A stretch of DNA of 27,236 nt from an uncultured Alphaproteobacteria bacterium (lineage in GTDB: Bacteria; Pseudomonadota; Alphaproteobacteria; Rs-D84). The stretch covers positions 1 through 27,236 of the forward strand of contig CAMRSV010000011.1 in assembly GCA_947053455.1 (NCBI GenBank), read 5' to 3'. The translations under genes and the position numbers were made by a program. Numbering within the stretch: the first letter of the stretch is position 1; each line of letters starts with the position of its first letter. Positions 1 to 9,446 of this stretch are shown here, in pieces. Below the pieces are notes generated by a model. The model saw only the letters and a program-made list of their open reading frames with translations, made no database searches and was not told where the DNA came from.

Positions 1-53
1 TAGTCAGGAATATTTTACTATGCTGTGCATTGCCCGTTCAATATTAAAGATTT

Positions 54-82
54 TTGCATTTTTGTGAAAAATGTGCTATGTT
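54..82 (+). promoter_or_regulatory. sigma70-like promoter TTGCAT-17 bp-TATGTT (TG-extended -10), with no protein gene downstream on this strand
   Basis: TTGCAT 54-59, 17-bp spacer ending TGC, TATGTT 77-82. Confidence 0.5.
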
Positions 83-87
83 TCGCC

Positions 88-152
88 GGTGCGCGATTCG
101 GAATCGTTTCCTAATATTTTGCGCAATGCCCCGGTTTTTATGGGGATTTTTT
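88..152 (+). ncRNA. candidate ~65-nt small RNA (two stems plus terminator-like 3' hairpin)
   Basis: Follows the promoter; TGCGC...GCGCA outer stem, CGATTC/GAATCG inner inverted repeat, then CCCC-n-GGGG followed by ATTTTTT. Confidence 0.35.
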
Positions 153-213
153 CATGTCTATCAAAAAATGCTAAAAAACAAAATTATTAAAAAATATAAT
201 AAATGACGTTTTT

Positions 214-1227
214 TTATTTTTTATTTTTTATTTTTTTTATCTCGCGCCAGTCGGCATGATTTTTTTGATGTTCTGCGTATGATTTTGCAAATTTATGTCC
301 GCCACGTCCATCTGCCACAAAATACAGGTAATTGGTATCCGCCGGTCGCAGTACTGCACGAATCGCGGCGCGTCCCACATTGGCGATTGGTGCCGGCGGC
401 AGGCCGGCATGGGTATATGTGTTATACGGGCTGTCGATTTTCAAGTGTTTCCTTAAAAGTGCGGTTCCGCGCATATCACCCAGCCCCCCGGTTAATGCGT
501 ATACTATTGTTGGATCGGCCTGCAGTCTCATTTTTTTATTAAGACGGTTTATATACACACTGGCAACGATGGGCATTTCTGATTCTCTTGGCGTTTCTTT
601 TTGAACGATGGACGCCAGTGTTAATATTTCGTTCCAGGTTTTTAATGGGGTGGGGGCGATTTTTCCAGTTTTTTCCCAAGTGTTATGAATGTTTTCCATT
701 TTTTTTCGTGCCAATTCAAGTACGGCAAGTCGCGGTGTCCCTTTGGCTACATAATAAGTATCGGGAAATATTTCCCCGTCATGTAAGTTGCAAACCGGTG
801 CATTGTTATTTCCATCGCAATCGACCGCGCCGGTTAGTGCCGAATAAGCAAGCAATAATTGTTTGGTCTGTTTGATTGTTAAACCCTCTGGGATTATGAT
901 TTTGGTGGTGGCAACTCGACCATTTGCCATCATGCGTGCGATTCGCCATGCGCTGGCGCGTGGTGGTATATCGTATTCGCCGGTTTGGATTTTTCCGCCA
1001 TTGAATCTTACCGCGGTTTTGAAAACGGCACCTGAAATTATCAGGTCATTATCGGTCAACATACGTGTCACGGACGCAACAGATGCGCCCCGTGAAACGG
1101 TGACGGATGTCGGCGCCAATACCGGCGACAGTACACCGAACAGAACAAGTATTCCCAAAAACACGGCGACCATAGCAACGGCGGAATATGTAAAAAACTT
1201 GTTTTTGAACAAAGATTTAATTTTCAT
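214..1227 (-). CDS. mltG: endolytic transglycosylase MltG (YceG family)
   Basis: N-terminal TM helix; motifs IPEG, FPDTY, LASIVQKET, NRL..MRLQADPT, SPYNTY..GLPPAPIAN, YLYFVADG.GGH.F. Confidence 0.93.
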   Translation of the reverse strand: MKIKSLFKNKFFTYSAVAMVAVFLGILVLFGVLSPVLAPTSVTVSRGASVASVTRMLTDNDLIISGAVFKTAVRFNGGKIQTGEYDIPPRASAWRIARMMANGRVATTKIIIPEGLTIKQTKQLLLAYSALTGAVDCDGNNNAPVCNLHDGEIFPDTYYVAKGTPRLAVLELARKKMENIHNTWEKTGKIAPTPLKTWNEILTLASIVQKETPRESEMPIVASVYINRLNKKMRLQADPTIVYALTGGLGDMRGTALLRKHLKIDSPYNTYTHAGLPPAPIANVGRAAIRAVLRPADTNYLYFVADGRGGHKFAKSYAEHQKNHADWREIKKIKNKK

Positions 1228-1268
1228 GGTTTGCCAATTATTGCAAATTAAACAGCATTTGCAAATCT

Positions 1269-1294
1269 AAAAAACGGCGCCCCCGACGGGGCGC
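1269..1294 (-). terminator. intrinsic terminator after the ABC transporter
   Basis: GCGCCCC-cgac-GGGGCGC stem with an A6 run on + (U-tract on -). Confidence 0.6.
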
Positions 1295-1301
1295 GAATAT
1301 G

Positions 1302-3059
1302 TTACATAAATCCACTGTATTGCATTTTCCACAGCTTTGCATACACGCCACCGCGTTTTTTAATCAGTTGTGAGTGTGTTCCGCATTCGACAATTTGTCC
1401 GCGTTCCATTACAATTATTCTATCCATTTGTTTCAAGGTAGACAGACGGTGCGCAATTGCGATTGTCGTTCGATTTTTCATCAGTCCATTTAGTGATTCC
1501 TGAATTTTTAATTCCGTTTCTGAATCAAGCGCACTAGTTGCCTCGTCCAGAAGCAGTATCGGCGAATTTTTTAATATCGCATGCGCGATGGTTATGCGTT
1601 GGCGCTGGCCCCCGGATAGTTTTACCCCACGGTCACCGACAACGGTGTCGTATCCATCTTCTGTTTTTATTATAAAATCGTGCGCCTGGGCTTGTTTTGC
1701 GGCGGCAATTACGGCATTGCGCGATGCATTTGGCGTGCCATAAGATATGTTTTGCGCTAACGTTCGGTTGAACAGAATGGATTCCTGGGGAACGAATGAA
1801 ATAATTTTTTTCAATGACTGTGAATTGAATTCGCGTATATCTGTGCCGTCTATTTCTATGGCGCCATCGGTCACGTCATACAGATGCATCAACAGGTTTA
1901 CCAGCGTTGTTTTCCCGGAACCACTTGGGCCAACTATGCCGATTTTTTCGCCCTTGCGAATACACAGATTGATATTGCGTATGACCCATTCATCGTCATA
2001 TTTGAATGATACGTTTTTGAATTGAATCATACTATTGTACTGGCATGATTTGCCGCCAGTTTTTACATTGCACAGGTTTTCGGATGTCCGGGTCAGATTG
2101 TTGAACGCCTGGGATGCGGAATAATATACTTCTAGCAAGTCGGGCATATCCCATACAAAATTGACCACACATGAACGCAGACCAAAAAATGCTGTCATGA
2201 CGAACGCGACTTCTGATAAATCCATGCGGCCGTTTATATAGAAATATGCCGCCAAGAACATGATTAGAATTAGTGTGGTAAATTCCATGCTCATCGGCAG
2301 GGCATAGAATTTTAACTGAATCCACAGATTTTTTTCCTTGGCGCGTGTCCATTGGTTAAAATATTCACCAATGTACTGTTGTTCACGGCGAATGTTTCCA
2401 AATATTTTTAAGTTAAGGAAATTTGACAGCATGTCTATGTTTTTTCCCGCAACGACTGCCGCATTTTCTGCGACATTTACGTGTGATTTGGACATTTGGC
2501 CCATGTAACGGCATGCGTGCAGAACCCTGAACAACAACACGCCACCAATCAATGCGCAAAATATCCCATGCAGTTGGAACATCATACCGAAATTAACAAC
2601 AATCCCCAGCAGGATTGCAAACACGCGTGTCGGATATTTGAACATCAGACTCCAAGTGCCGGTGATTACATATTTGGCCTGTGATTCCAAATAACCGGCC
2701 GAATGACTTTTATAAAATGCCATTGAGCGGTCGATTAGATATTGGTACATTTTTATATGAGCTGTTTCTTTGGCGCGTGGATATACCGTTGCTTCAAAAC
2801 ATTGCTCCAATATGTCACAACAAATATATATGACAATCCATGCGGTCAGTAGTGTTAAAATTGGCATTATGTCGGGAAACTGTATTTCGCCAAGCGGTTT
2901 TATTTCCAATGCACGGACGACATATTTTGCCATCAGCGCCGGAAACACAAAATCAGACGCTTTGTTGAAAATACGAAGAATCCAATAGCTTGTGATTCCA
3001 AATTTATGCTGTTTGAACACATCTATATAAAATTTATTCAGAGTTTTTGGAAACGCCAT
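1302..3059 (-). CDS. ABC exporter, fused permease/ATP-binding protein (MsbA/MdlB-like)
   Basis: Multiple TM segments, then Walker A GPSGSGKT, Q-loop VPQE, signature LSGGQ, Walker B LLLDEATSALD, H-loop IAHRL; start moved to ATG 3059, which has GGAGG upstream. Confidence 0.9.
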   Translation of the reverse strand: MAFPKTLNKFYIDVFKQHKFGITSYWILRIFNKASDFVFPALMAKYVVRALEIKPLGEIQFPDIMPILTLLTAWIVIYICCDILEQCFEATVYPRAKETAHIKMYQYLIDRSMAFYKSHSAGYLESQAKYVITGTWSLMFKYPTRVFAILLGIVVNFGMMFQLHGIFCALIGGVLLFRVLHACRYMGQMSKSHVNVAENAAVVAGKNIDMLSNFLNLKIFGNIRREQQYIGEYFNQWTRAKEKNLWIQLKFYALPMSMEFTTLILIMFLAAYFYINGRMDLSEVAFVMTAFFGLRSCVVNFVWDMPDLLEVYYSASQAFNNLTRTSENLCNVKTGGKSCQYNSMIQFKNVSFKYDDEWVIRNINLCIRKGEKIGIVGPSGSGKTTLVNLLMHLYDVTDGAIEIDGTDIREFNSQSLKKIISFVPQESILFNRTLAQNISYGTPNASRNAVIAAAKQAQAHDFIIKTEDGYDTVVGDRGVKLSGGQRQRITIAHAILKNSPILLLDEATSALDSETELKIQESLNGLMKNRTTIAIAHRLSTLKQMDRIIVMERGQIVECGTHSQLIKKRGGVYAKLWKMQYSGFM

Positions 3060-3125
3060 AATTATCTTCCTCCCCCATACCGGCATAGTTTGTGAATTAT
3101 ATCATAGAATGTGGATTTTTTCATA

Positions 3126-3167
3126 AAAATTAAAACCGCCCCGTAAAAAGGGGGGCGTGTTTAATTT
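3126..3167 (-). terminator. terminator-like hairpin after the duplicated tRNA 3' end
   Basis: AAATTAAAACCGCCCC...GGGGCGTGTTTAATTT inverted repeat. Confidence 0.6.
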
Positions 3168-3183
3168 ATGGTGTTTATTATCA

Positions 3184-3348
3184 TGGTCGGAGTAACAGAT
3201 TCCCTTGGCGCGGATGCGCCTTTGTGGCAACCGTGACGGCGCGACCACACTTCGTTTGTCTTGCCTACTTGTTGTCGAACCTACGGTTCTCATCCTGGAC
3301 ACCAAACGGATAAAATAAACCCACCCACAATGGGGCGGTTTTATTTTA
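3184..3348 (-). repeat. 165-bp tRNA-associated repeat unit: duplicated tRNA-Pro 3' end split in the T-loop (RtT/TRIP-like)
   Basis: TGGTCGGAGTAACAG at 3184-3198 equals tRNA 3349-3363; TCGAACCTACG at 3275-3285 equals the tRNA T-arm sequence; followed by GGTTCTCATCC. Confidence 0.7.
3310..3348 (-). terminator. terminator directly after tRNA-Pro
   Basis: ATAAAATAAACC...GGTTTTATTTTA inverted repeat abutting the CCA end. Confidence 0.6.
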
Positions 3349-3425
3349 TGGTCGGAGTAACAGGATTCGAACCTACGACCTCTGCGACCCGAACGCAGCG
3401 CTCTACCAGACTGAGCTATACTCCG
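3349..3425 (-). tRNA. tRNA-Pro (anticodon CGG)
   Basis: Reverse complement CGGAGTATAGCTCAGTCTGGTAGAGCGCTGCGTTCGGGTCGCAGAGGTCGTAGGTTCGAATCCTGTTACTCCGACCA: cloverleaf, CTGCG-TTCGGGT-CGCAG anticodon arm, GTTCGAATC, encoded CCA. Confidence 0.97.
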
Positions 3426-3455
3426 AGAACTGATTTTTGTCCGATGACTTGGGCG

Positions 3456-3484
3456 ATTATGCACCCGTTTTAAGAAAAAATCAA
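3456..3484 (-). promoter_or_regulatory. sigma70 promoter of tRNA-Pro
   Basis: Minus strand TTGATT-17 bp-CATAAT followed by a GC-rich CGCCC discriminator. Confidence 0.65.
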
Positions 3485-3563
3485 CAACTTTTATTTTTTA
3501 TTTGCACTTGTAAAGTTTTATATATATTTCCATATTTATATGTAGCAAAGGAAAGGATTAATT

Positions 3564-5237
3564 ATGTTTGCAAAAAAATTTTTAAGCCGGTTGAAATTTG
3601 ATTCATATCGGGACTATATGGAAAACGGTGTTGTAAATGTGCCGGACAATTTTAATTTTGCATATGATGTGGTTGATGAAATTGCCGCTGAAGATCCGGA
3701 TAAGGTCGCTTTAATCTGGTGTGATAGCGCAGGCGATAAAAAAGTAATCACTTTTTCCGAGTTATCGCGTATGTCAAATGCGTTGGCCAATTTTATGGTG
3801 GCGCGCGGCCTTAAACGGGGGGACACGGCGCTTGTGTTTATGCGGCGGCGGTGGGAATACTGGGTATTGATGATGGCGATGCACAAACTGGGGGCGATTC
3901 CGATTCCGGCAACCAACCAGTTAAAGGCCGAAGATATAAAATATAGAATTGATACAGCCGCCGTGCGCACCATATTCGCGTTTGATGATGGTAATATATT
4001 AAATGAAATAAATATGGCCGCGAACGGCGCGGTTGACATAATCACAACAGATGAAATTGGCGCCGCATTGAAAGAATTCCCGGAAACGTTTGCGCGCGTG
4101 CCGAATGAAAATACGGATACAATGGTTGTCTATTTCACCAGTGGTACGACCGACATGCCGAAAATGGTGGCGCATAATTATACGTATCCATTGGGTCATA
4201 TAAATACGGCCTTGTTCTGGCAACGCTTACATGACGGTGATATTCACTTTACATTGTCCGAAACGGGCTGGGCAAAATGTTCATGGGGGAAAATGTACGG
4301 CCAATGGATGGCCGGGGCCGCAGTGTTTGTTTTTGATTTTGCAGGCGTGTTCACCGCGCATGATTTGTTGACCGCAATTTCAGAAAATCATGTGACATCT
4401 TTCTGTGCGCCGCCAACAGCGTACAAAATGCTGATACACGCCGATTTTACAAAGTATGACCTGTCTGCGCTTAAAAAGGCGGAAATCGCAGGCGAAGCAT
4501 TAAACCCGGAAGTTTTTGAAAGGTTCCTAAACATGACCGGCATTAAGCTGCGTGAAGGATTTGGCCAGACGGAAACATGTGTAATGCTATTCAACAATGA
4601 ATGGATTGAACCAAAACCCGGCAGTATGGGTATGCCGGCGGCAGGTTGGGATATACAATTGTTGGATGAACGCGGCCGCCCGGTTCCAGACGGAACGGTT
4701 GGGGAAATATGTGTTTCATTGAAAAATGGTCGCCCCGTAGGTTTATTCCAAGGTTACCATAAAAACGAAAAATTAACGGACGCCGCATATCGTGACGGAA
4801 TATATCATACAGGTGATATTGCGTACCGCGACGCGGATGGATATTTTTGGTTTGTTGGCCGTAATGATGATTTGATTAAAAGTGCCGGATACCGCATCAG
4901 CCCGTTCGAGGTGGAAAGTGTTCTGACCGAGCATCCCGCCGTACGCGAGGTTGCCGTTACCGGAATCCCGGATTCGTCGCGTGGAATGGCGGTCAAGGCA
5001 ACAATTGTTCTGAATAAGTACTTTCAGGCAAGCGATATTTTGGTAAAGCAGTTGCAGAACCATGTAAAATCTAGAACCGCACCGTATAAATGCCCGCGTG
5101 TGATTGAATTTGTGGATGCATTACCCATGACAATCAGTGGGAAAATCCGCCGCGCATTGATACGTACGCTGGACAGTGCCAAAACCACAATTATTGACCC
5201 GGTAAAGGATACCCTGGGTCTAAAAGATGAAAAATAG
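3564..5237 (+). CDS. AMP-forming acyl-CoA synthetase (acetyl-/short- to medium-chain acyl-CoA ligase family)
   Basis: FNFAYDVVD N-terminus; adenylation motifs YFTSGTTDMPK, EGFGQTET, YHTGD, GRNDDLIKSAGYRISPFEVES, LPMTISGKIRR; AAAGGA RBS. Confidence 0.9.
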   Translation: MFAKKFLSRLKFDSYRDYMENGVVNVPDNFNFAYDVVDEIAAEDPDKVALIWCDSAGDKKVITFSELSRMSNALANFMVARGLKRGDTALVFMRRRWEYWVLMMAMHKLGAIPIPATNQLKAEDIKYRIDTAAVRTIFAFDDGNILNEINMAANGAVDIITTDEIGAALKEFPETFARVPNENTDTMVVYFTSGTTDMPKMVAHNYTYPLGHINTALFWQRLHDGDIHFTLSETGWAKCSWGKMYGQWMAGAAVFVFDFAGVFTAHDLLTAISENHVTSFCAPPTAYKMLIHADFTKYDLSALKKAEIAGEALNPEVFERFLNMTGIKLREGFGQTETCVMLFNNEWIEPKPGSMGMPAAGWDIQLLDERGRPVPDGTVGEICVSLKNGRPVGLFQGYHKNEKLTDAAYRDGIYHTGDIAYRDADGYFWFVGRNDDLIKSAGYRISPFEVESVLTEHPAVREVAVTGIPDSSRGMAVKATIVLNKYFQASDILVKQLQNHVKSRTAPYKCPRVIEFVDALPMTISGKIRRALIRTLDSAKTTIIDPVKDTLGLKDEK

Positions 5238-5264
5238 ACTTTAAAAAATCTCTACATGGTCTTG

Positions 5265-5294
5265 ATACCCCCGCCAATTTGGCGGGGGTATTTT
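5265..5294 (+). terminator. intrinsic terminator after the acyl-CoA synthetase
   Basis: ATACCCCCGCC-aattt-GGCGGGGGTAT-TTT perfect stem. Confidence 0.8.
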
Positions 5295-5348
5295 GCATTT
5301 CTTCCTATTGTTTGTGGCGGGGCGGTTTGCCAAAATGCGTGCATGATA

Positions 5349-6104
5349 ATGCGCTTTTCAATTGTTTTTATCGCGTTACTGTTTGCGTTCTGTACTACGG
5401 CGCATGCGTACAGACTGGATATCAGCCGTTTAACCCAAGACGGGGAATTTTCCGCGACATTCGGATTTGCATTCAAAAGCGGTAAAAACAAAAGTGGTAC
5501 TTCACACACCAACTGGGGGGCGGGGCGAATTGATGATACCGGTGTTGAACTGGATTATACTTTTGCAGACGACTGGACCGTTTCTTTTAGCAACAGTAAC
5601 GATTATTCTGATGCGCAAATTGGTATGAAATACAAGATAATCAAAACATTTCCGTTAAAGTTGGATATAATGGCGGATTATGGATTCGCATTTACAAAAA
5701 ACGCAGATACCGACAGGCGCATCGGAAATAACAATGTTGACGCCGGCTTTCGCATCCATGGCGTCGCCTGGGGGGACTTTCAATGGGCATTCAAGGTGAC
5801 GGGTCAATATGTATGGGCCAATCCGTTTGATTTCTGGAATTTGCACCTGACGGGCGAACTTATGTATTATTTTATGAAAAAATCCGCAGCAATTGTAAAA
5901 TATCAGTATGATTTTTCACAAATCAATAAACCGGGCGAGGTTCAGCATACCGCGGCTACTGTCGGTATGGTTTACAATATGTCGGATAGGGCGTCCGTTC
6001 ACCCGTATTTAAAATACCATTTCAAGACAACAGATACGCGTTCGCGTCGACGTGCGTATGATGACTACTGGAAACTAGGAATTGAATTTTCTGTCCAGTT
6101 CTAG
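5349..6104 (+). CDS. hypothetical outer-membrane beta-barrel protein
   Basis: Signal peptide MRFSIVFIALLFAFCTTAHA, alternating aromatic/hydrophobic strands, C-terminal LGIEFSVQF ending in Phe; start at 5343 or 5349. Confidence 0.7.
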   Translation: MRFSIVFIALLFAFCTTAHAYRLDISRLTQDGEFSATFGFAFKSGKNKSGTSHTNWGAGRIDDTGVELDYTFADDWTVSFSNSNDYSDAQIGMKYKIIKTFPLKLDIMADYGFAFTKNADTDRRIGNNNVDAGFRIHGVAWGDFQWAFKVTGQYVWANPFDFWNLHLTGELMYYFMKKSAAIVKYQYDFSQINKPGEVQHTAATVGMVYNMSDRASVHPYLKYHFKTTDTRSRRRAYDDYWKLGIEFSVQF

Positions 6105-6222
6105 TAATAATCATTTTATTGTAATTACAAATAATTTTTTTGTGCGTTTTTGTATCGGTTAAAATGGGCTTAAAATCTTGGGTTTTTGTCCCGCTTTTTT
6201 GATAAATTTTCCCAGTTTTTCC

Positions 6223-6251
6223 TTGACAATACCGGGGTGTGGGGTTATAGT
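6223..6251 (+). promoter_or_regulatory. sigma70 promoter of the str/S10 cluster
   Basis: TTGACA (6223-6228)-17 bp-TATAGT (6246-6251). Confidence 0.8.
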
Positions 6252-6287
6252 AGGTTCGCTTTCCGTGTAAACAAGGAAAGAAAAAAA

Positions 6288-6364
6288 CACAGAAATCTGC
6301 ATACTTTGACAGATTTATAATCACGGAATTTCCGTTGAAATAAGTCTGGTAGGCAGGTTTTGTG
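6288..6364 (+). promoter_or_regulatory. long stem-loop in the rpsL 5' leader
   Basis: CACAGAAATCTGC/GCAGGTTTTGTG, CAGATTTAT/ATAAGTCTG and ACGGA/TCCGT nested pairings with G.U. Confidence 0.55.
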
Positions 6365-6398
6365 CAAGCAAAATTAAGGAAAAACAAAGAGATTTTGA

Positions 6399-6770
6399 AT
6401 GCCAACAGTAAATCAACTGATTCGGAAACCTCGTAAAAAGGTAGTCGTGAAATCCACGGCGCCGGATATGATGGAATCTCCGCAGAAGCGCGGCGTTTGC
6501 ACCCGCGTTTATACAACTACACCTAAAAAACCTAACTCGGCGCAGCGTAAAGTGGCCCGTGTAAAGCTGGCAAATGGCCGCGAAGTTACGGCATATATTC
6601 CCGGCGAAGGCCATAATCTGCAGGAACACAGCGTGGTTATGATTCGTGGCGGCCGTGTAAAGGACTTGCCCGGTGTTAAATACCACATTATCCGCGGTGT
6701 CCTGGATACCAAGGGTGTCGAAAGCAGAAAGCAGGGTCGTTCCTTGTATGGTGCAAAGGTAAAAAAATAA
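6399..6770 (+). CDS. rpsL: 30S ribosomal protein S12
   Basis: [27 protein letters not shown] motifs. Confidence 0.99.
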   Translation: MPTVNQLIRKPRKKVVVKSTAPDMMESPQKRGVCTRVYTTTPKKPNSAQRKVARVKLANGREVTAYIPGEGHNLQEHSVVMIRGGRVKDLPGVKYHIIRGVLDTKGVESRKQGRSLYGAKVKK

Positions 6771-6843
6771 TAACAGGCATACGACGTAGTTCGTGTGAGT
6801 AATTGGGGCGTGCCCCGGTGAAGAAACAAAAAGGAAAAACAAA

Positions 6844-7317
6844 ATGTCAAGACGCAAAAGCGCAACGAAACGTGAAATTTTGCCAGATTCAAAGTACAAT
6901 AATCTGGTTGTTGCAAAATGTATTAATATGGTAATGCTGGACGGCAAAAAAGAAGTTGCCGAAGCGATTGTTTACGATGCGCTGGATGAACTGAAAAAAA
7001 ACGCAAAAGACGGTGATGAACTGACGGCTTTCTTGGAGGCGGTTGATGCCTTGAAGCCTTCGGTTGAGGTTAAGGGTCGTCGTGTTGGCGGTGCGACTTA
7101 TCAGGTTCCGGTTGAAGTGCGCCCGGTGCGTCAGCAGACATTGGCCTTGCGCTGGTTGATTATGTTCGCGCGCAAGCGTGGCGAACGTTCTATGAAGGAT
7201 CGTTTGTTCGGTGAACTGCGTGATGCATTGAATGGTCAGGGTGGCGCGTTCAAAAAGAAAATTGACACGCATAAAATGGCCGAAGCGAACAAGGCATTTG
7301 CCCATTTCCGCTGGTAA
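6844..7317 (+). CDS. rpsG: 30S ribosomal protein S7
   Basis: [26 protein letters not shown]. Confidence 0.99.
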   Translation: MSRRKSATKREILPDSKYNNLVVAKCINMVMLDGKKEVAEAIVYDALDELKKNAKDGDELTAFLEAVDALKPSVEVKGRRVGGATYQVPVEVRPVRQQTLALRWLIMFARKRGERSMKDRLFGELRDALNGQGGAFKKKIDTHKMAEANKAFAHFRW

Positions 7318-7364
7318 TAAATATATAGGTAAAAAAAGACAACAAAAAATAAGGAAAGAAGACC

Positions 7365-9446
7365 ATGTCTGTTGGAAAAACCGCACCTTTGCATATGTAT
7401 CGCAATATCGGCATTATGGCCCATATTGACGCTGGTAAAACAACTACGTCGGAACGCATCCTTTTCTATACCGGTAAGACATATAAAATCGGTGAAGTTC
7501 ACGATGGCGGTGCCACTATGGACTGGATGGAACAGGAACAGGAACGTGGCATCACGATTACGTCTGCTGCGACAACATGCTTTTGGCGTGATCATCGTAT
7601 CAATTTGATTGACACTCCGGGGCACGTTGACTTTACAATGGAAGTAGAACGTTCCTTGCGCGTTTTGGACGGTGCGGTTGCAGTGTTTGAATCTGTTTCT
7701 GGTGTTCAACCCCAGACTGAAACTGTATGGCGCCAAGCTGACCGCTACAATGTTCCGCGTATCTGCTTTATTAACAAAATGGATCGTATCGGTGCTAATT
7801 TCTTCCGTTGTGTTGATATGATTCGTGAACGTTTGGGTTCCAATCCGTTGGTTGTTAATTTCCCAATTGGTGCCGAGTCGGATTTTATCGGCGTCGTAGA
7901 CGTTGTTGAAATGCGCGCAATTGTTTGGGAAGATGATTTAGGTAAAGAACCGCATATAAAAGAAATTCCGGAAGAGTTGAAGGCCAAGGCTGAAGAGCTG
8001 CACAACAAATTGGTTGAAGAAGTTGTAACGCTGGATGAAGAAATCATGGAAGCCTATATGGATGGTAAGGTTCCGGATACAGAAACAATCAAAAAATTAA
8101 TCCGCAAGGGTACAATTAACCAGAACTTCAACCCGATTTTGTGCGGTACTGCGTTCAAAAACAAGGGGGTACAGCCTCTGTTGGATGCTATTGTAGACTA
8201 TCTGCCGAGCCCGTTGGATATTCCTGCGATCAAGGGAACCAAAATGGACGGCGAAACGGCTGCAGAACGTAAGGCTGATTCGAAAGAACCGTTCAGCGCG
8301 CTGGCATTTAAGGTTGCAAATGACCCGTTTGTTGGAAATCTGATGTTCATCCGTATTTATTCTGGTAAGCTGACATCTGGTTCATATGTTTACAATTCCA
8401 ACCGCGATAAACGTGAACGCGTTGGCCGCATGTTGTTGATGCATTCTAATAATCGTGAAGAAATCAAGGAAGCGTCGGCCGGTGACATTATCACATTGGT
8501 TGGTATGAAAGAAACGATTACCGGTGATACATTGTGTGATGAATCCAATCCGATTGTTCTGGAAAACATTCATGTTCCCGAACCGGTTATCAGCATCGCT
8601 GTTGAACCCAAGACCAAGGCAGACATTGAAAAGATGTCATTGGGCTTGCAGGCGTTGGCCAAGGAAGATCCTTCTTTCCGTGTTTCCGTTGACGAAGAAT
8701 CTGGCCAGACGATTTTGGCGGGTGTCGGCGAACTGCACTTGGAAATTTTAGTTGATCGTTTGCTGCGTGAATTCAAGGTTGATGTTAATGTAGGTGAACC
8801 GCGCATTGCATACCGCGAAACATTCCGCAAACCGATTACTGAAGAATACACCCACAAGAAACAGTCCGGTGGTTCGGGTCAGTACGCCCAGGTCAAGATT
8901 GAGTTCCAGCCATTGGAACCGGGTCAGGGTTACGAATTCGAAAATAAGATTGTCGGTGGTGCGATTCCAAAAGAATACATCCCGGGTGTTGAAAAGGGTT
9001 TGAAGATAGCGCAGCAGACAGGTGTTCTGATTGGCTATCCGACTGTAGATTTCAAGGCAACATTGGTAGATGGTAAATATCACGAAGTTGACTCTAATGT
9101 ATTGTGCTTTGAAATTGCGGCGCGTGCTTGCTTCCGCGAAGCGATGAAAAAAGCGGCGCCCAAATTGCTGGAACCGATTATGAAGCTTTCGGTCAATACA
9201 CCGGAAGAATATGTCGGGGACATCATTGGTGACCTTAACAGCCGTCGCGGCCAAATCAATGGAATTGAAACCCAGTTCGGCAATCAGCTGATTTCGGCGT
9301 TTGTTCCGTTGGCCAACCTGTTTGGGTATGTCAAGACATTGCGTTCTTTGTCCCAGGGGCGTGCAAATCCGTATATGGAATTGTCTCACTATGACGAAGT
9401 TCCGCAGAACGTCGCAGATGAAGTTATAAAAAAACTGACAAAATAA
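7365..9446 (+). CDS. fusA: elongation factor G
   Basis: [39 protein letters not shown]. Confidence 0.99.
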   Translation: MSVGKTAPLHMYRNIGIMAHIDAGKTTTSERILFYTGKTYKIGEVHDGGATMDWMEQEQERGITITSAATTCFWRDHRINLIDTPGHVDFTMEVERSLRVLDGAVAVFESVSGVQPQTETVWRQADRYNVPRICFINKMDRIGANFFRCVDMIRERLGSNPLVVNFPIGAESDFIGVVDVVEMRAIVWEDDLGKEPHIKEIPEELKAKAEELHNKLVEEVVTLDEEIMEAYMDGKVPDTETIKKLIRKGTINQNFNPILCGTAFKNKGVQPLLDAIVDYLPSPLDIPAIKGTKMDGETAAERKADSKEPFSALAFKVANDPFVGNLMFIRIYSGKLTSGSYVYNSNRDKRERVGRMLLMHSNNREEIKEASAGDIITLVGMKETITGDTLCDESNPIVLENIHVPEPVISIAVEPKTKADIEKMSLGLQALAKEDPSFRVSVDEESGQTILAGVGELHLEILVDRLLREFKVDVNVGEPRIAYRETFRKPITEEYTHKKQSGGSGQYAQVKIEFQPLEPGQGYEFENKIVGGAIPKEYIPGVEKGLKIAQQTGVLIGYPTVDFKATLVDGKYHEVDSNVLCFEIAARACFREAMKKAAPKLLEPIMKLSVNTPEEYVGDIIGDLNSRRGQINGIETQFGNQLISAFVPLANLFGYVKTLRSLSQGRANPYMELSHYDEVPQNVADEVIKKLTK

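Noticed and set aside
3184-3363. attL/attR pair of an intact prophage or island
   Set aside because: The copies are only 165 bp apart and no integrase or phage gene is present; kept only as a repeat or scar.
3102-3473. ORFs of 120 aa (-) and 70 aa (+) in the tRNA region
   Set aside because: They overlap the tRNA-Pro gene and its terminators and are spurious translations.
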